NCBI GenBank assembly: GCA_012026655.1
Contig: JAAILG010000145.1
Span: forward strand, 1 to 64,000
Reading direction: 5' to 3'
Length of the DNA stretch: 64,000 nucleotides
DNA from: Hydrolagus affinis
Taxonomy: Eukaryota
Shown: positions 39,052-50,566 of the stretch, one piece after another
Layout: each line of letters begins with the position of its first letter
How positions within the stretch are numbered: position 1 is the stretch's first letter
The notes under the pieces: generated by a model
What the model was told of the DNA's origin: nothing
The model's database searches: none
The model's input: the letters and a program-made list of their open reading frames with translations, nothing else
Program-made: the position numbers and the translations under genes

Positions 39052-40265
39052 GTGAGATTGCTGCCGAAAAATGTTCCAATTTCTCCTCTTAGCCCTAAAG
39101 CACACACACGTTGCTTACAGTAGTAGGTAATTCAGATCCAAGCTTTAATTTTATTGATATAGAATGGAAACATTCAGAAGCAAAAATATACTTGAACTTA
39201 ACCTGTTGCAATAGCTTATCCTTTCTTAATCGTATCCTTCAATTTAAATATAAAGAGGTAACAGCTTTTTTAAAAAAAAATTAGCATTAAATTATCCAAA
39301 AGTCCAATTTATATACAGGTAATTGTAAAATAAATTGTATAAGTTTGAATCCACATTTAAGCATTACAACATCCACCTGATTTATCGAGTGGACAAGTGA
39401 AAGACAAATTCCTTCACTATTGGCTGGAGTTCTACTTCATCAATCAGCCAGCAGGAGGCACACAATCACCTTCTCACCTCCATCAATCAGCTAGCAGGAG
39501 GGCTTGGAATGGTTCCGTTTTTATTTCCTCTCTCTTATTGTGTTGGAATCCGGTTTAGTGCCAGATACTGAAACAGATTAGTAGTTAACCTTCCTGAGAT
39601 GTCACCAGCAAAGTATTCAACCTGCCAGTCACTGCAATCTTAAATCTCAGGCTTTAACTGCTGTTCTTCTGGGCTACCAGATGATGTACACGCATTTTCC
39701 AGCTTTCCTGTTTCTTTCAATGGTCGTTAAAACGTGGCTGTTATTAAGGAGCGTGTTTCTAAATTACAGAGTGTCATAATTCATTGTAATACTTGTGTCT
39801 TTGTTTTTTTTAATTTGATTTAAACCAAAGGATTTGACAAACATCTGCATGAGTTTCTGAGCCCAACTATTAGCTGTACCAGCAACAGCAGAGACACCCA
39901 TCATTAACGCAAGGCGTTTCAATGACTGACTATTTCAGTTTTCTTTTTCATTATGTCAGGCCACATGTGAAATCAGAGGAAAGCCAAACAAGTTAAGATA
40001 GTTTTCAGTAGTTTAATTCATTGTTGATCAGTAGACATGATTTTCTCCTTCATGAAAGAAAATCAAGTCGTATCAAGGTTCTTATGCTCACCACGAAGGA
40101 GAATGCATCCTCACAAGTTTCTATAGAAAAGGAAACCAGAGAGGAAAAAAAATAAAGATGAATTCATTTATTAAAGAACTCTGCGTGCTATAAAATCCAT
40201 TTAGAAAGACACTAAGATTGTTTATGAATTCATCAGCGGTTGATAAGCTCCATTGTTTCTTTTAG

Positions 40266-40403
40266 CTCCTGCGTCCTCCGAGTCTTCCAGCAGCATCGAA
40301 CAAGAAAAATATCTACAAGCCCTGCTGAGTTCAGTACCCAACCTTTCCAAAATAAACGGTTGCAGCACACTTACCAGCCGACCTGCCGTCACGCTTTCTC
40401 CAG
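40266..40403 (+). CDS. SBF2: SBF2 exon ([21 protein letters not shown]...TLSP)
   Basis: ttttag| ... |gtgcag, 138 nt, phase 1-1. Confidence 0.94.
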
Positions 40404-41009
40404 GTGCAGTTCTATAAAAGTATTCATTCATTCAATCCAACAGTGCAAGTATCAGGGAATTGCTGGGAAGTGTGGCTCCCTGCATGCAGACCCTGAACAT
40501 TTCTGGGTTGGAAAGAGTAAGCATCAACCCTCTGAGGCATGTGACTTGAAGAGTTAGTGCATGAGAGTTATGAACTGATCAAAACCAGTTATCCATTCTG
40601 TTCTGCATCGTTAAGCAACATACAGTAATTGTATGCTTCTAACTTCAGTTCACTTTAATACTCTTACTTCCATTTCCCTTGTTTTAACCACAACTTATTT
40701 AATCTTGCAAATCTGCTTCTTTTCACTCGACATTTTTAGTATTACAAACAGTGTTCTGCCACAAAATGATTGCCGGGAACAGATATACATATATATATAT
40801 TCCTACTGTCAATCACAGCCCAGAGTCCTCTCCTGGAAAGTGGCCATTGAGTAAGAATAGTGTTGTGCTCTGTGTGATGTCAAACCACCAATACTTGAGA
40901 CTTGATTGAGCTATTTGAAGATGGTTGTCTGTTTTGAACAGTAACCAGGTTGTTGGAGAGAAGGAAATTTGCAAAAACATAATTGAGGTAAAACATTTTA
41001 TTTTAAAAA

Positions 41010-41232
41010 TCTTGGGCAAGTTTCCTTTCTCCACACACCTAATAATAATCCTTAAAAAAAAATTGGCCACTTCAATCTACGACTGTTTGTGGGGCACTAT
41101 TGTGTGCAATTGGCTGCCGCATTTCACCCAGAAATATAGTCAATTCACGTGACATTATATTCTGTGAAGCGCTTTGTGATGTCTAGAAGACGTGAAAAGC
41201 GCTTTATCAAATGCAAGGATTATTATTATTAT
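41010..41232 (+). mobile_element. 5'-truncated SINE
   Basis: cttgggcaagtttcctt...aaatgcaaggattattattatt, ending 65 nt upstream of cassette exon A. Confidence 0.88.
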
Positions 41233-41296
41233 TGTTTCTATATTTTCAAATAGTTCAACTACACAACATTTAAGGGTTTAATTATTTTTGTACCAG

Positions 41297-41398
41297 ATGC
41301 AAACATTGACAAACGGTCCTCTCGAGCGACCACTGTTGTAAAGCAAGTGGTTCCAGGACATTTGGATGTGCATCTTCCAAACAGTTTTACACGTGGAG
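41297..41398 (+). CDS. SBF2: SBF2 cassette exon A (DANIDKRSSRATTVVKQVVPGHLDVHLPNSFTRG)
   Basis: taccag| ... GAG|gttagt, 102 nt, symmetric phase 1-1, open frame. KQVVPGHLDV resembles a peptide I recall from long SBF2 isoforms. Confidence 0.85.
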
Positions 41399-42822
41399 GT
41401 TAGTAGTCACATCCTTATCTTGGTATTAAAGCCATTGTCTGTCACGATGGAATATTGCCCCTTATCTCATCATGGATGCTTTATAAAACATTGAAGTGCA
41501 ACTTATTGATTGGTCTCTTGTCTGCAGAAATGCAGATGGTTACATTTTGCCAATGGAACAGCTTCATTTTCAGTCCCAAACGCCTAGTGTAACCTTAATT
41601 AAAATGGATTTTTAGCTCTGCAAAAAAAAAGTTTGTTTGGAGTGGAGAATAGAAAAGTGAACAGAGTTTCCTGTACCTCGGCTGCAAACCCCAGTTGAGT
41701 GTGGATATTGACTGTAATCAACGGCCTTGCATGGAGGAGCTCTTTGTCTGATGTTCCATTCTCCTTGCAACAAGCTCTGTTGCCTTCCCTGCTCCTAATC
41801 TCTGTGCAGTAAACCTCAGAGTAGGAATTCTAAAGTCAGCAATCTGGACTGATGACATGTGATTAGGCAGCTTCTGAAGGGCTGCCAAAAAATAGTGGTC
41901 ACGTAAATCTAATATTGAGTCAAATTTAACTGTCCACCGTCCCAATTATTTGGATTAACAGCTTTTGGAGACATTATTTAACCAATGAAGGACTGAATTT
42001 CAGGAATATTAGTCTCAGCTCTAGATTGGAGGGTGAGGTATAGACATAAGGTGGGTAAGAAATAATATAAAAATCAGTTAAAATGGTGATTATTATAATA
42101 ATAATAATAATTCTTGCATTTGATAATATGCCTTATCACATCTTTGATCTGTTCTACTGTAATTATATTTTTCAGTCTGACATTACAGGTCAATTCACTT
42201 TACAGTATATTCTGATAAGGCGCTGTATCAAATGTAAAGATTATTAATATTATAGTTGTTCAATTAGGCAGCTCAGGCAGCACAGAATTCCCTACACATG
42301 TTCTAAGTCTCTATTTTCTCTTATTTTTACGTCAATTGGGTGCATTGGTACATTATAGGTTTTCACTTAATGCTGCTATGCTTTGAGATTGTTGGACGCA
42401 TAATATTTAATTAGGTATTTACAGTTCCACAATTCATTTAGTAATCTGTTAATCCTGATCATTGCAGATTTGCATTTTTTTTCCCTAAAAAATGATTTTT
42501 TTGTGTTTTTTTGTGTTAATTATTTGGGGGCTTGTTTTTATGTTGAGTACTTAATGGTTTTGTGTCTGGACTAATTAATCATTTGGGTAATCGTATGCTG
42601 CTGATTGCTGACATAATTAATTGGATATGATACGCAGTCATATATGCTTGGCATTACTGATTGTATTGGTATTTAATAATTTTAGCCAGTTTATTGATTT
42701 ATCATCTCTTGACACAACCCTCAATTTTCTGCTGTATTTTGATTGCTTGCATTTTTCTGTCAATCTGATTTTCATATATAAATTTCTCAAATTCTTTCTC
42801 TGTCGTTGCTGTGATCTACCAG

Positions 42823-42897
42823 TGCTTGGGTACAGGGATAAGTTGTTCACTCATTCTCAGCAAAAGAGTACAGTCAAGGGAAAAGTCTTCAACCAAG
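42823..42897 (+). CDS. SBF2: SBF2 cassette exon B (VLGYRDKLFTHSQQKSTVKGKVFNQ)
   Basis: ctaccag| ... AAG|gtattg, 75 nt, symmetric phase 1-1, open frame, long U-rich upstream tract. Confidence 0.75.
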
Positions 42898-44354
42898 GTA
42901 TTGTTTCTTCTGTCCTGATTCTACTCATCAGCTTCTCTAATCATTTATTTGTAAATATGCATTTCAGCGAGCAAAATAATATTTCCCTATCTCTTTAGGA
43001 ACCATACCATGCTATTCCATTGCTTATATCATTTTTTTTATTGTGTGGATGGAAAGGCCATTTGGTTGTGGCATAAGTCATGAGTCCTTCCAGATTGTGG
43101 TTAGACCATATTGGTTTCTCTGCCATTAAACGTTCAAGAAAAAAAAGTCACAAATACCACATCTGACGTTTGTGAATGCATTGCATTGTTTCAGATCTTT
43201 CCTTTGCAGAATCCTCCCACTGCATTCGAAAATGTTTGGCTTATACAGAACACATGTCATTTTGCATTTTGTTATAGTATTTCTGTAATAACGTATTCAC
43301 TCTGATACCAGTGACACATTTCAGGTGAAATGTAAAATTTTTAAGGTAGCATTGTGATTGTTATCAGTGGCAATCCGGCTGAACTATGTAAAACATAATA
43401 CTGGGGGACCATGACATTTCCATTACCCATTCAACCATACGTTTGAAGTTTAAAACAAAATGCATTACACCAGGCGCAAGTCAGTATCCTCTATTTTAGT
43501 ATCGACGCCGTCTGCTCTGCAAACACCACATATTGGACAACGTATGCTTACTAGAAAATAAACCATTTGCGAAATGGTTATTTTCCATGACTAATGCATC
43601 CTTTTTTTTTTCTGTTTGTCTTTAAACATCTGCTTGAATGTAATAATTCTGTAATGTGCATTTTCTAAATATCTCACAAATCAAAAATACATGAGTTTTT
43701 GTAGGAAAACAGATGGTTTGGGTGAATTACAAAAGTGCATACAATCCTGAGTTGGTTCGTGGCCAGGATTTGCACTGGATAAGCAGGGACGAAACCAATG
43801 GGGGCACTGGTATACATTTTAAATTTAATCCATTGACCATCTGTCATCTGGTTCAAGTAACTTTTTTTCCTTTTGTTCCAAATGTGAAAAAGAGCCACTG
43901 TAGCATTTGGGTTAACTAATAAACAATACAATCAATAGGTCAGGATAATGATGGACATCATCTGTGGCAGACATACAATTAATGCAAGTTTACACTGCTT
44001 TTTGTGTTAATCCACCATCCAAATCATATGAATCCCCATGAAAAACTCAACATAAATTGGGCTTGATTCATACAATTGCAAACTAGTTCATGATGGAGCC
44101 TGGCTGCTGGGACTTCAATGACCAGATGGTTCCACCAGAACAACTAACATATAAACACAAACAACATTTTTATTTTGTGCCCGAAATTGAAATCCAACTT
44201 TGATGTTTTCCAACTGATAATCAAAGCATTAGATTGCTATAAAGAATCGTTTCAACATTAGATAAACACATGATTATTTTATAATAAAACCTAATGGTAC
44301 CTCAAAGATAACCTCTTTCCATCAAGTGAAAGATATGTAGTAATTATAAGAATT

Positions 44355-44420
44355 GCTAGATGAAAGAAGACCAAGGTCCATCCAGTTTGCCTTCCACCAT
44401 CCTGGCAGTCGCATGCACAT
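44355..44420 (-). mobile_element. CR1 3' end fragment
   Basis: gaaagaagaccaaggtccatccagtttgccttccaccatcctgg, typical antisense CR1 tail. Confidence 0.55.
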
Positions 44421-44655
44421 GTCTTGTCCCAAACTGTGTACTGTATCCCAAGATATTATTTCCTAAAAAGAAATGTTTCTCATTATTTTTATATAACATA
44501 GAATGTGCACATGTAATATTTTTAAAACGTTTCTATTCTATTTCTATTCCATGATAGTTTATTGAATACATTACAAAGTAACTTAAATTATTTTGGAAGC
44601 ACTATGCCTATCTGATAAGTGTCCAGAAATGAGTTTGTTTCTTTGTTCACCTTAG

Positions 44656-44837
44656 GTATGTGGGCCAGCCTGCGCTCCAGCAGCCGCTTTCATACCCAGT
44701 TTCCAACAACTGATGTCGGAGCCAGGTTGGCGGGAAAAGATAGCCCTATGAACATCAGCAGCGACAGTCAACTGCAGAGCCAGCTTTTGAAGCACCAAGC
44801 AGCACTGTACCTGTTTGGGGAGAAATCTCAATTGAGG
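44656..44837 (+). CDS. SBF2: SBF2 exon ([11 protein letters not shown]...LFGEKSQLR)
   Basis: cttag| ... |gtacga, 182 nt, phase 1-0. Confidence 0.95.
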
Positions 44838-45178
44838 GTACGATGGAATTGAGTTCCACGTGTTTCAGATTGATTTTCTTTGCACTAATCCACCTGAATA
44901 ATTTTCTTAAATGTGAAGAACCTTCAAAGCATCTATTTTGCTGGTGATGTAGCCATTATTGAAAGAATCTGTTTGAATGCACATTGTTTTTACACAGAAA
45001 CATAAATATGAGTGCAAACATAAACATGAGTGCAATAATATTTGCTTCTGACAATTGCAATAATTATTACAAAGGAATCATGTTAACTAACATGGCTGTT
45101 GAAATTGCAACACGTATAGAATTGAATTGGCTTCACAGTTCACATTTGTTCGCGAACCTAATTTGTTTTGATTCTCAG

Positions 45179-45355
45179 GGCTTCAAACTTGACTTTGCCC
45201 TGAACTGTGAGCTTGTACCCGTGGATTACTGCGATGTCCGTCAAGTGAAAGCCAGTTTCAAAAAGCTGATGAGAGCATGTGTACCGAGTACATTTCCCAC
45301 GGACGCAGAAGTAACTTTCTATCGGTTACTAGGGGAGTCGGAATGGCTGCTACAG
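45179..45355 (+). CDS. SBF2: SBF2 exon ([11 protein letters not shown]...ESEWLLQ)
   Basis: tctcag| ... |gtatta, 177 nt, phase 0-0. Confidence 0.95.
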
Positions 45356-45683
45356 GTATTAGCATTAAGCATTAAGTATTAAGCAAACTTGCCTGTGTGG
45401 TAATTGCTGAAAAGAGCAACACACTCATTTTATGTTGAATTTTTAATAAATGTTATTCAATGATCAGTTGCATGGCTGACCCATTTCATATCTTTTCCTG
45501 GAAACATTGCTTTTCAGAACAAAATGCAAGACAAATAAAATTCTTCCTGCAAAAGATAGTTTGTACTTCTAGCAATAAAACTTAATGCATTTTCACTTCC
45601 AAATGTTTAGTTAAATTGTTTCTCTATGGAATGAAACATGTATGATATATCATTGCCTGTCAACTATCCTTTTGCTGTCTCAG

Positions 45684-45785
45684 CTCCATAGAATATTGCA
45701 GCTGGCTGTATTGATTGCAGAGCTCCTTGAGAGTGGTTCTTCAGTAATGGTCAGCCTGGAAGATGGTATGGATATCACAACCCAG
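45684..45785 (+). CDS. SBF2: SBF2 exon with degenerate phosphatase P-loop (LHRILQLAV...[16 protein letters not shown])
   Basis: tctcag| ... |gtaaca, 102 nt. Lacks the catalytic Cys and Arg of HCSDGWDRT. Confidence 0.95.
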
Positions 45786-46200
45786 GTAACAACTTTATAA
45801 AATAATTACATAAATACGTCCCTTTTGAAAAGAGTTGAATTTTCACTCATTTCACCCAAATAAGCACAAAAATAACATAATTTGGACTTTTTTATTAAAA
45901 AAAACTTAAATGGTGATCCCAATGCTGTTTAAAATTAGATACTTTTATTTTACAGTAATGGTTTATGTGCCTAGTATGACCACATAAAATTCTTTTAATG
46001 TCGAATTTAGGGAACCTAAATGCACTTGGCAACCAGTACAGTGTATGATTTAATCAGCAGATATTTCCCCTTTTCTTATGCTGTTTCTCTCCCCAATGTA
46101 TGCATTTGGTTACATCTCAAACGATTTATCTATAAAATGTTAGATATTTATTCCTTCAAATACTTACATTTTTCCATCAATGTTTCTTCTTTTAAACTAG

Positions 46201-46386
46201 GTGATCTCCCTGGTACAGTTGCTATGTGACCCATTCTACAGAACCCTGGAAGGCTTTAAAATGTTGATTGAGAAGGAATGGCTATCCTTTGGCCACAAAT
46301 TTAGTCAGCGCAGCAACCTGACGCCCAACAGTCAAAGCAGTGGCTTTGCTCCCATTTTCCTACAGTTTCTTGATTGTGTGCATCAG
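46201..46386 (+). CDS. SBF2: SBF2 exon ([19 protein letters not shown]...FLDCVHQ)
   Basis: actag| ... |gtaaaa, 186 nt, phase 0-0. Confidence 0.96.
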
Positions 46387-46787
46387 GTAAAAAAGAACTA
46401 TTTTTAGCCCAAGTCCCAGCAGCTAAGTGGCAGTTTGTGATTCACGTTAAAATATACGATTTGGAAGCTATTAAAACAAAGATGAACAGAGTTAATTGTG
46501 AATGGTGGCACTTGAGAAGGTTATGCTTAAGCTAAGATGTACAGTAAAAGCAATAATAATAATAATCCTTGCTTTTGATGTAGTGTCAGACACATGCGAT
46601 TTATCACATTTCCATTATATATGATTGTGATTATATTATGAAAGTACATTGCATCGTCGGCTGTTCTTGATAACATTTGCACAGTTCAACGGGACTGATT
46701 TGATTTGCAACCATTGATAGAAGCAGGGTTGATGAGCCAAACGGCCTGTAATGTTCTGTGCTTGTTTTTATTTCTTGTTTTCTTTAG

Positions 46788-46914
46788 ATTCACCACCAGC
46801 ACCCTACAGAGTTTGAATTCAATCAGTATTATCTGAAGTTTCTGGCCTACCATTATGTCTCCAATCGCTTTAAAACCTTTCTGCTGGACTCAGACTACGA
46901 AAGGATAGAACATG
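46788..46914 (+). CDS. SBF2: SBF2 exon ([16 protein letters not shown]...YERIEH)
   Basis: ctttag| ... |gtacat, 127 nt, phase 0-1. Confidence 0.96.
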
Positions 46915-47027
46915 GTACATTTTACTAACGACAAGTATTTGACTTTTAGCTTTACAGACAGCTCTAAATTTTATTGATCAAATGATAATGAATTAGACCC
47001 AACTCTTCATTTTATAAATCTCTATGT

Positions 47028-47333
47028 CAGCTTGGCTCACTTGGTAACATTCTTCTAACCTTCTAGGTCAGAAGGCTCGGACTGTTCGGGGTATTTTGAG
47101 CTGGTCGTCTAGACTGGGATTCCAGTGTAGTGTTGGGGGAGCGGTGCAATAATAGTAATCCTTGCAATATTTTTGACATGGCACTTTATCTCATCTTTGA
47201 GATGTCACAATTATACTGTAAAGTGAATTGACTGTATTTTGTAAGCGAAACGCGGCAACCGGTTACACACAGCAGTGTCCCAGGTCTTTTGCTTGTGAGG
47301 CAAATGTTCTAACCACTGAGCTACAGGACTCCA
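47028..47333. mobile_element. Deu-SINE head (+) followed by an internally deleted SINE (-)
   Basis: cagcttggctcacttggtaaca..gtcagaagg, then ..ctaaccactgagctacaggactcc. Confidence 0.7.
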
Positions 47334-47488
47334 CATATATTGGCTTTCAATGGAAATTGCCTAATTCTAAATATGACATAAAAAAATGCAGTGACGCATT
47401 TCCTAAATCTTATCACAAACTGACATTTCCTAAATCCTAGTCCAAACTGATATTTTTAATCAACCCTGATTGTTTTGTTTCTAAAAAG

Positions 47489-47616
47489 GAATTTTGTTCG
47501 AAGACAAGGGAGACAAGCAGGCCAAGAAAGGCATCTGTATTTGGGATTGTATTGACAAGATGCATAAGAAAGGCCCAGTTTTCTTCAACTATTTATACAG
47601 TGCTGAAGAAGGAGAG
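47489..47616 (+). CDS. SBF2: SBF2 exon ([10 protein letters not shown]...[12 protein letters not shown])
   Basis: ctaaaaag| ... |gtatga, 128 nt, phase 1-0. Confidence 0.94.
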
Positions 47617-47727
47617 GTATGAAGTCTAGATATTTGTGCAGTTGTAGTGCCAAGACTGAATATATTACATTTGTCTATATTCAAAAGGAAAGGCCTTTTT
47701 TTTTTAAAGTTCAGTTTTTATTTGTAG

Positions 47728-47961
47728 AAACACATACCGAGGACCTGCATAAACATTTCTGCTCTGAAGAAATGGGATTACTACACTGGAGAAACTCTCT
47801 CAACTGGTCCTTCGTATGAATGGGATATGGTCTCTGTCAAAGCAAGTGAGGAACCCGAACAGACTGATGGTTCGGTTCCACAAACGCACAGAAAGGTGGT
47901 GTGGCCATGTTATGACAATGTCAGTAAAGTACAACCGGATGCCATCACCAAGCTCCTTGAG
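47728..47961 (+). CDS. SBF2: SBF2 exon (KHIPRTCINISALKKWDYY...VWPCYD...TKLLE)
   Basis: tttgtag| ... |gtaagg, 234 nt, phase 0-0. Confidence 0.93.
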
Positions 47962-48389
47962 GTAAGGTCAAAACGAACATAAATATGTGTCGGGTTATCT
48001 AGTTGCCCTTGGAGGTGAACTGCCCTTTTTGTAGTGGGGGTAGGATAAGGGTATCTACGTAATACTTGACATCTGTTATCAGGTGAATGACAAGCTTTCT
48101 TCTTCCTTTTCCAAGCATTGTTGGGGCAAAAAGAAAATGAATGCCCCTATCTCCTATGGTGATTTTTTTTCCCAGAACTCCATACCAAATAATCTATAGG
48201 CTATTTATCTCGATTTGACTTCCCCCATTGTCGCTTACTCTCTTCAAAATTTAGTCTGGCTTAAAAGAAAAGTATATTCTGGTTACACTAGAACATTTCT
48301 TCCTCTTTTGGGGATTTAAATTGAATTTCATTTTTTTTTGTTCTTTGCAATTATGGCATTGATTGTAAAATGGGATATTCTAATTATAG

Positions 48390-48494
48390 GACATTGAAAG
48401 ACTAGAGAACGAGCTGAACCAAACCCCTGAACACTGGAAGCCAATGTGGGATCGAGTAAAAGTCAACCTGAAAGAAGTCAAACCAGAGATGGCT
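48390..48494 (+). CDS. SBF2: SBF2 exon, coiled coil (DIERLENELNQTPEHWK...PEMA)
   Basis: ttatag| ... |gtaagt, 105 nt, phase 0-0. Confidence 0.93.
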
Positions 48495-48699
48495 GTAAGT
48501 ACAAAACCACTTCACAGTAAATTTTATACCTTTTGCAATAGTTGTCTACACAATATTATAACCTATCACCAAGACACTAATTTCTTACTGCAGGTGCTCA
48601 GCGAAAACTACCAAATAATAAAACCTATAGGAATTCAGACACCTTTGAGGTTTCTTTATTTTTTTTTAGAAATTTTAAATACCAACAAGATCTTAAATC

Positions 48700-48935
48700 C
48701 CTGATCCCTTCTACTCCACCATTGGTAGCTGAGCTATCAACTGCTACGCTTTGGAACTCTCTGCCTCAGTCCCTCCTCCTTGTCTGTCTTCAGATTGCAT
48801 TTGAACACCTCCCTCTGTGAGCGTATCTTGTCATCTCCACGCTTTCCTTGTCTTGGTTTTCAAGATCAGCCACTATTAAATATTCCAAGACTCTGTCCCA
48901 CATGAAAGGTGCTATATAAATGTATGCAGTTATTC
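48700..48935 (+). mobile_element. Degenerate L2 3' end
   Basis: caccattggtagctgagctatca..tggaactctctgcc..tgaaaggtgctatataaatg. Confidence 0.6.
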
Positions 48936-49139
48936 AATACGAGTCAGTGAAAAAACATAATGTGCATTTGTTATCTTATGATGCCCACAAATCTTCCGTT
49001 GTTTATTGGACAGGCCAACCACATTCAGAAAAGTTCCAATTTAGGAGCTTAGTTTAATTTTCCTCACATCCCTAATAATTCAGTCTGTGTATTGTACAAA
49101 ATATTAAGTACAATTTATTTATCTGCCATGTTTTAAACA

Positions 49140-49240
49140 GACAAATATACAGTCAATTCACTTTACGGTATATTCTGTGAAGCGCTTTGAGACGTCTGGA
49201 AGACATGAAAAGCTCTATATCAAATGCAGAGATTATAATA
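49140..49240 (+). mobile_element. SINE 3' fragment
   Basis: acaaatatacagtcaattcacttt...caaatgca. Confidence 0.85.
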
Positions 49241-49564
49241 TCTTGTCTTTTTTAAAACGCAAGTCCTAGAATCATAGGGCCACTCTCTCAGAATTCTACA
49301 GCCTTATTGGAGACTTGTGAACATGTCACCTGCCTGGTAGGAGTGGCGACCCAAATGATGTCTGGAATACAACCAGCAAACAAGGAGTAAAGTGACGGTG
49401 CATCCTTGTTTGTTTGCTATACCAGCTGATTAGTCAGTTGACTTAATTTATTTAAATTATTTTAGACCTTTAGTGGACAATATGTCAGAATGTACTTTGT
49501 GGTTGAGTTTGTATTTAGTTTGGTCTTCACGGTCTTTACCATCTCCTGTCTCTTGATATAATAG

Positions 49565-49749
49565 AGAGGTGCCTCAGCACTGATAGCCGCTAACCTCCAG
49601 CCCTATCAGAGAAGATCTATGTTGCACTTGGCAGACAGTGGGATTGGTGACACTGACAGGAGCACCACAACATCGCCTTCAAATGGAGTTAACACGAGGA
49701 GAGCAGCAACGTTATACAATCAATTTACTTCCAAAGATGTGGAAAATAG
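49565..49749 (+). CDS. SBF2: SBF2 exon ([22 protein letters not shown]...FTSKDVEN)
   Basis: aatag| ... |gtggga, 185 nt, phase 0-2. The exact acceptor is slightly uncertain. Confidence 0.88.
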
Positions 49750-49878
49750 GTGGGAATATTCTTGTATATAATTGCAGAGAATAGTTTAATGCTTTTTAAG
49801 TTTTGATGAAAAATCATTTTTCATCCTACTCTACTGTCAGTATAAGCGACTGAATCTTCAAAATTTACGCCTCTGCTC

Positions 49879-49949
49879 ACCACCACTCTATGTGTTGTTA
49901 AACCACTGGTTACTAACCACCACTCTATGTGTTGTTAAACCACTGGTTA
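49879..49949. repeat. 37-bp-period tandem duplication
   Basis: accaccactctatgtgttgttaaaccactggtta present twice, exact. Confidence 0.95.
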
Positions 49950-50028
49950 GTTACTCTGATTAAAAAAAAATCTTATTTATAACAAAACCAGTTGACCAAA
50001 TTAACTTCCTTTTTAATAATTCCTGCAG

Positions 50029-50116
50029 GTCCTTTGAAGGTATTCTTTACAAGAGAGGGGCCTTACTGAAGGGATGGAAACCACGATGGTTTGTTTTAGA
50101 TACAACTAAACACCAG
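50029..50116 (+). CDS. SBF2: SBF2 exon, PH domain ([29 protein letters not shown])
   Basis: ctgcag| ... |gtacat, 88 nt, phase 2-0. Confidence 0.96.
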
Positions 50117-50434
50117 GTACATTCACATTTCCACTGAACCTGTATAACATTATATATAACCAGTAAATATCCTGAAATTAAATATATATATGATGCAAGT
50201 AGAATTCAGATGTGTTAAGGCACATTACCCTGACAATCCCACCTGCCAAACCGAGTAGTTGAAAGATGAATTCTGCAGATCTTTGTCTTGCAATGCATTA
50301 TGCTGATGTTGTCCTTGAAATTGACTGTAATTTTAGTTAAACGTAGTGCTATAATCATGTGATTGTGACTACTTTATGAGGTACATTAATATATAACAGT
50401 TGGGTTCTTGCTGATCAATCTGTTCATCTTCCAG

Positions 50435-50566
50435 CTGCGGTACTATGATACAGGTGAAGATACTAATCCCAGAGGATTCATAGATCTGGCTGAGGTTGAA
50501 TCTGTTATCCCAGCCACACCAACGTTAGGTGCACCTAAACATACAAATGAGAAAGCATTCTTTGAT
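50435..50566 (+). CDS. SBF2: SBF2 exon, PH domain (LRYYDTGED...EKAFFD)
   Basis: ttccag| ... |gtgagt, 132 nt, phase 0-0. Confidence 0.96.
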
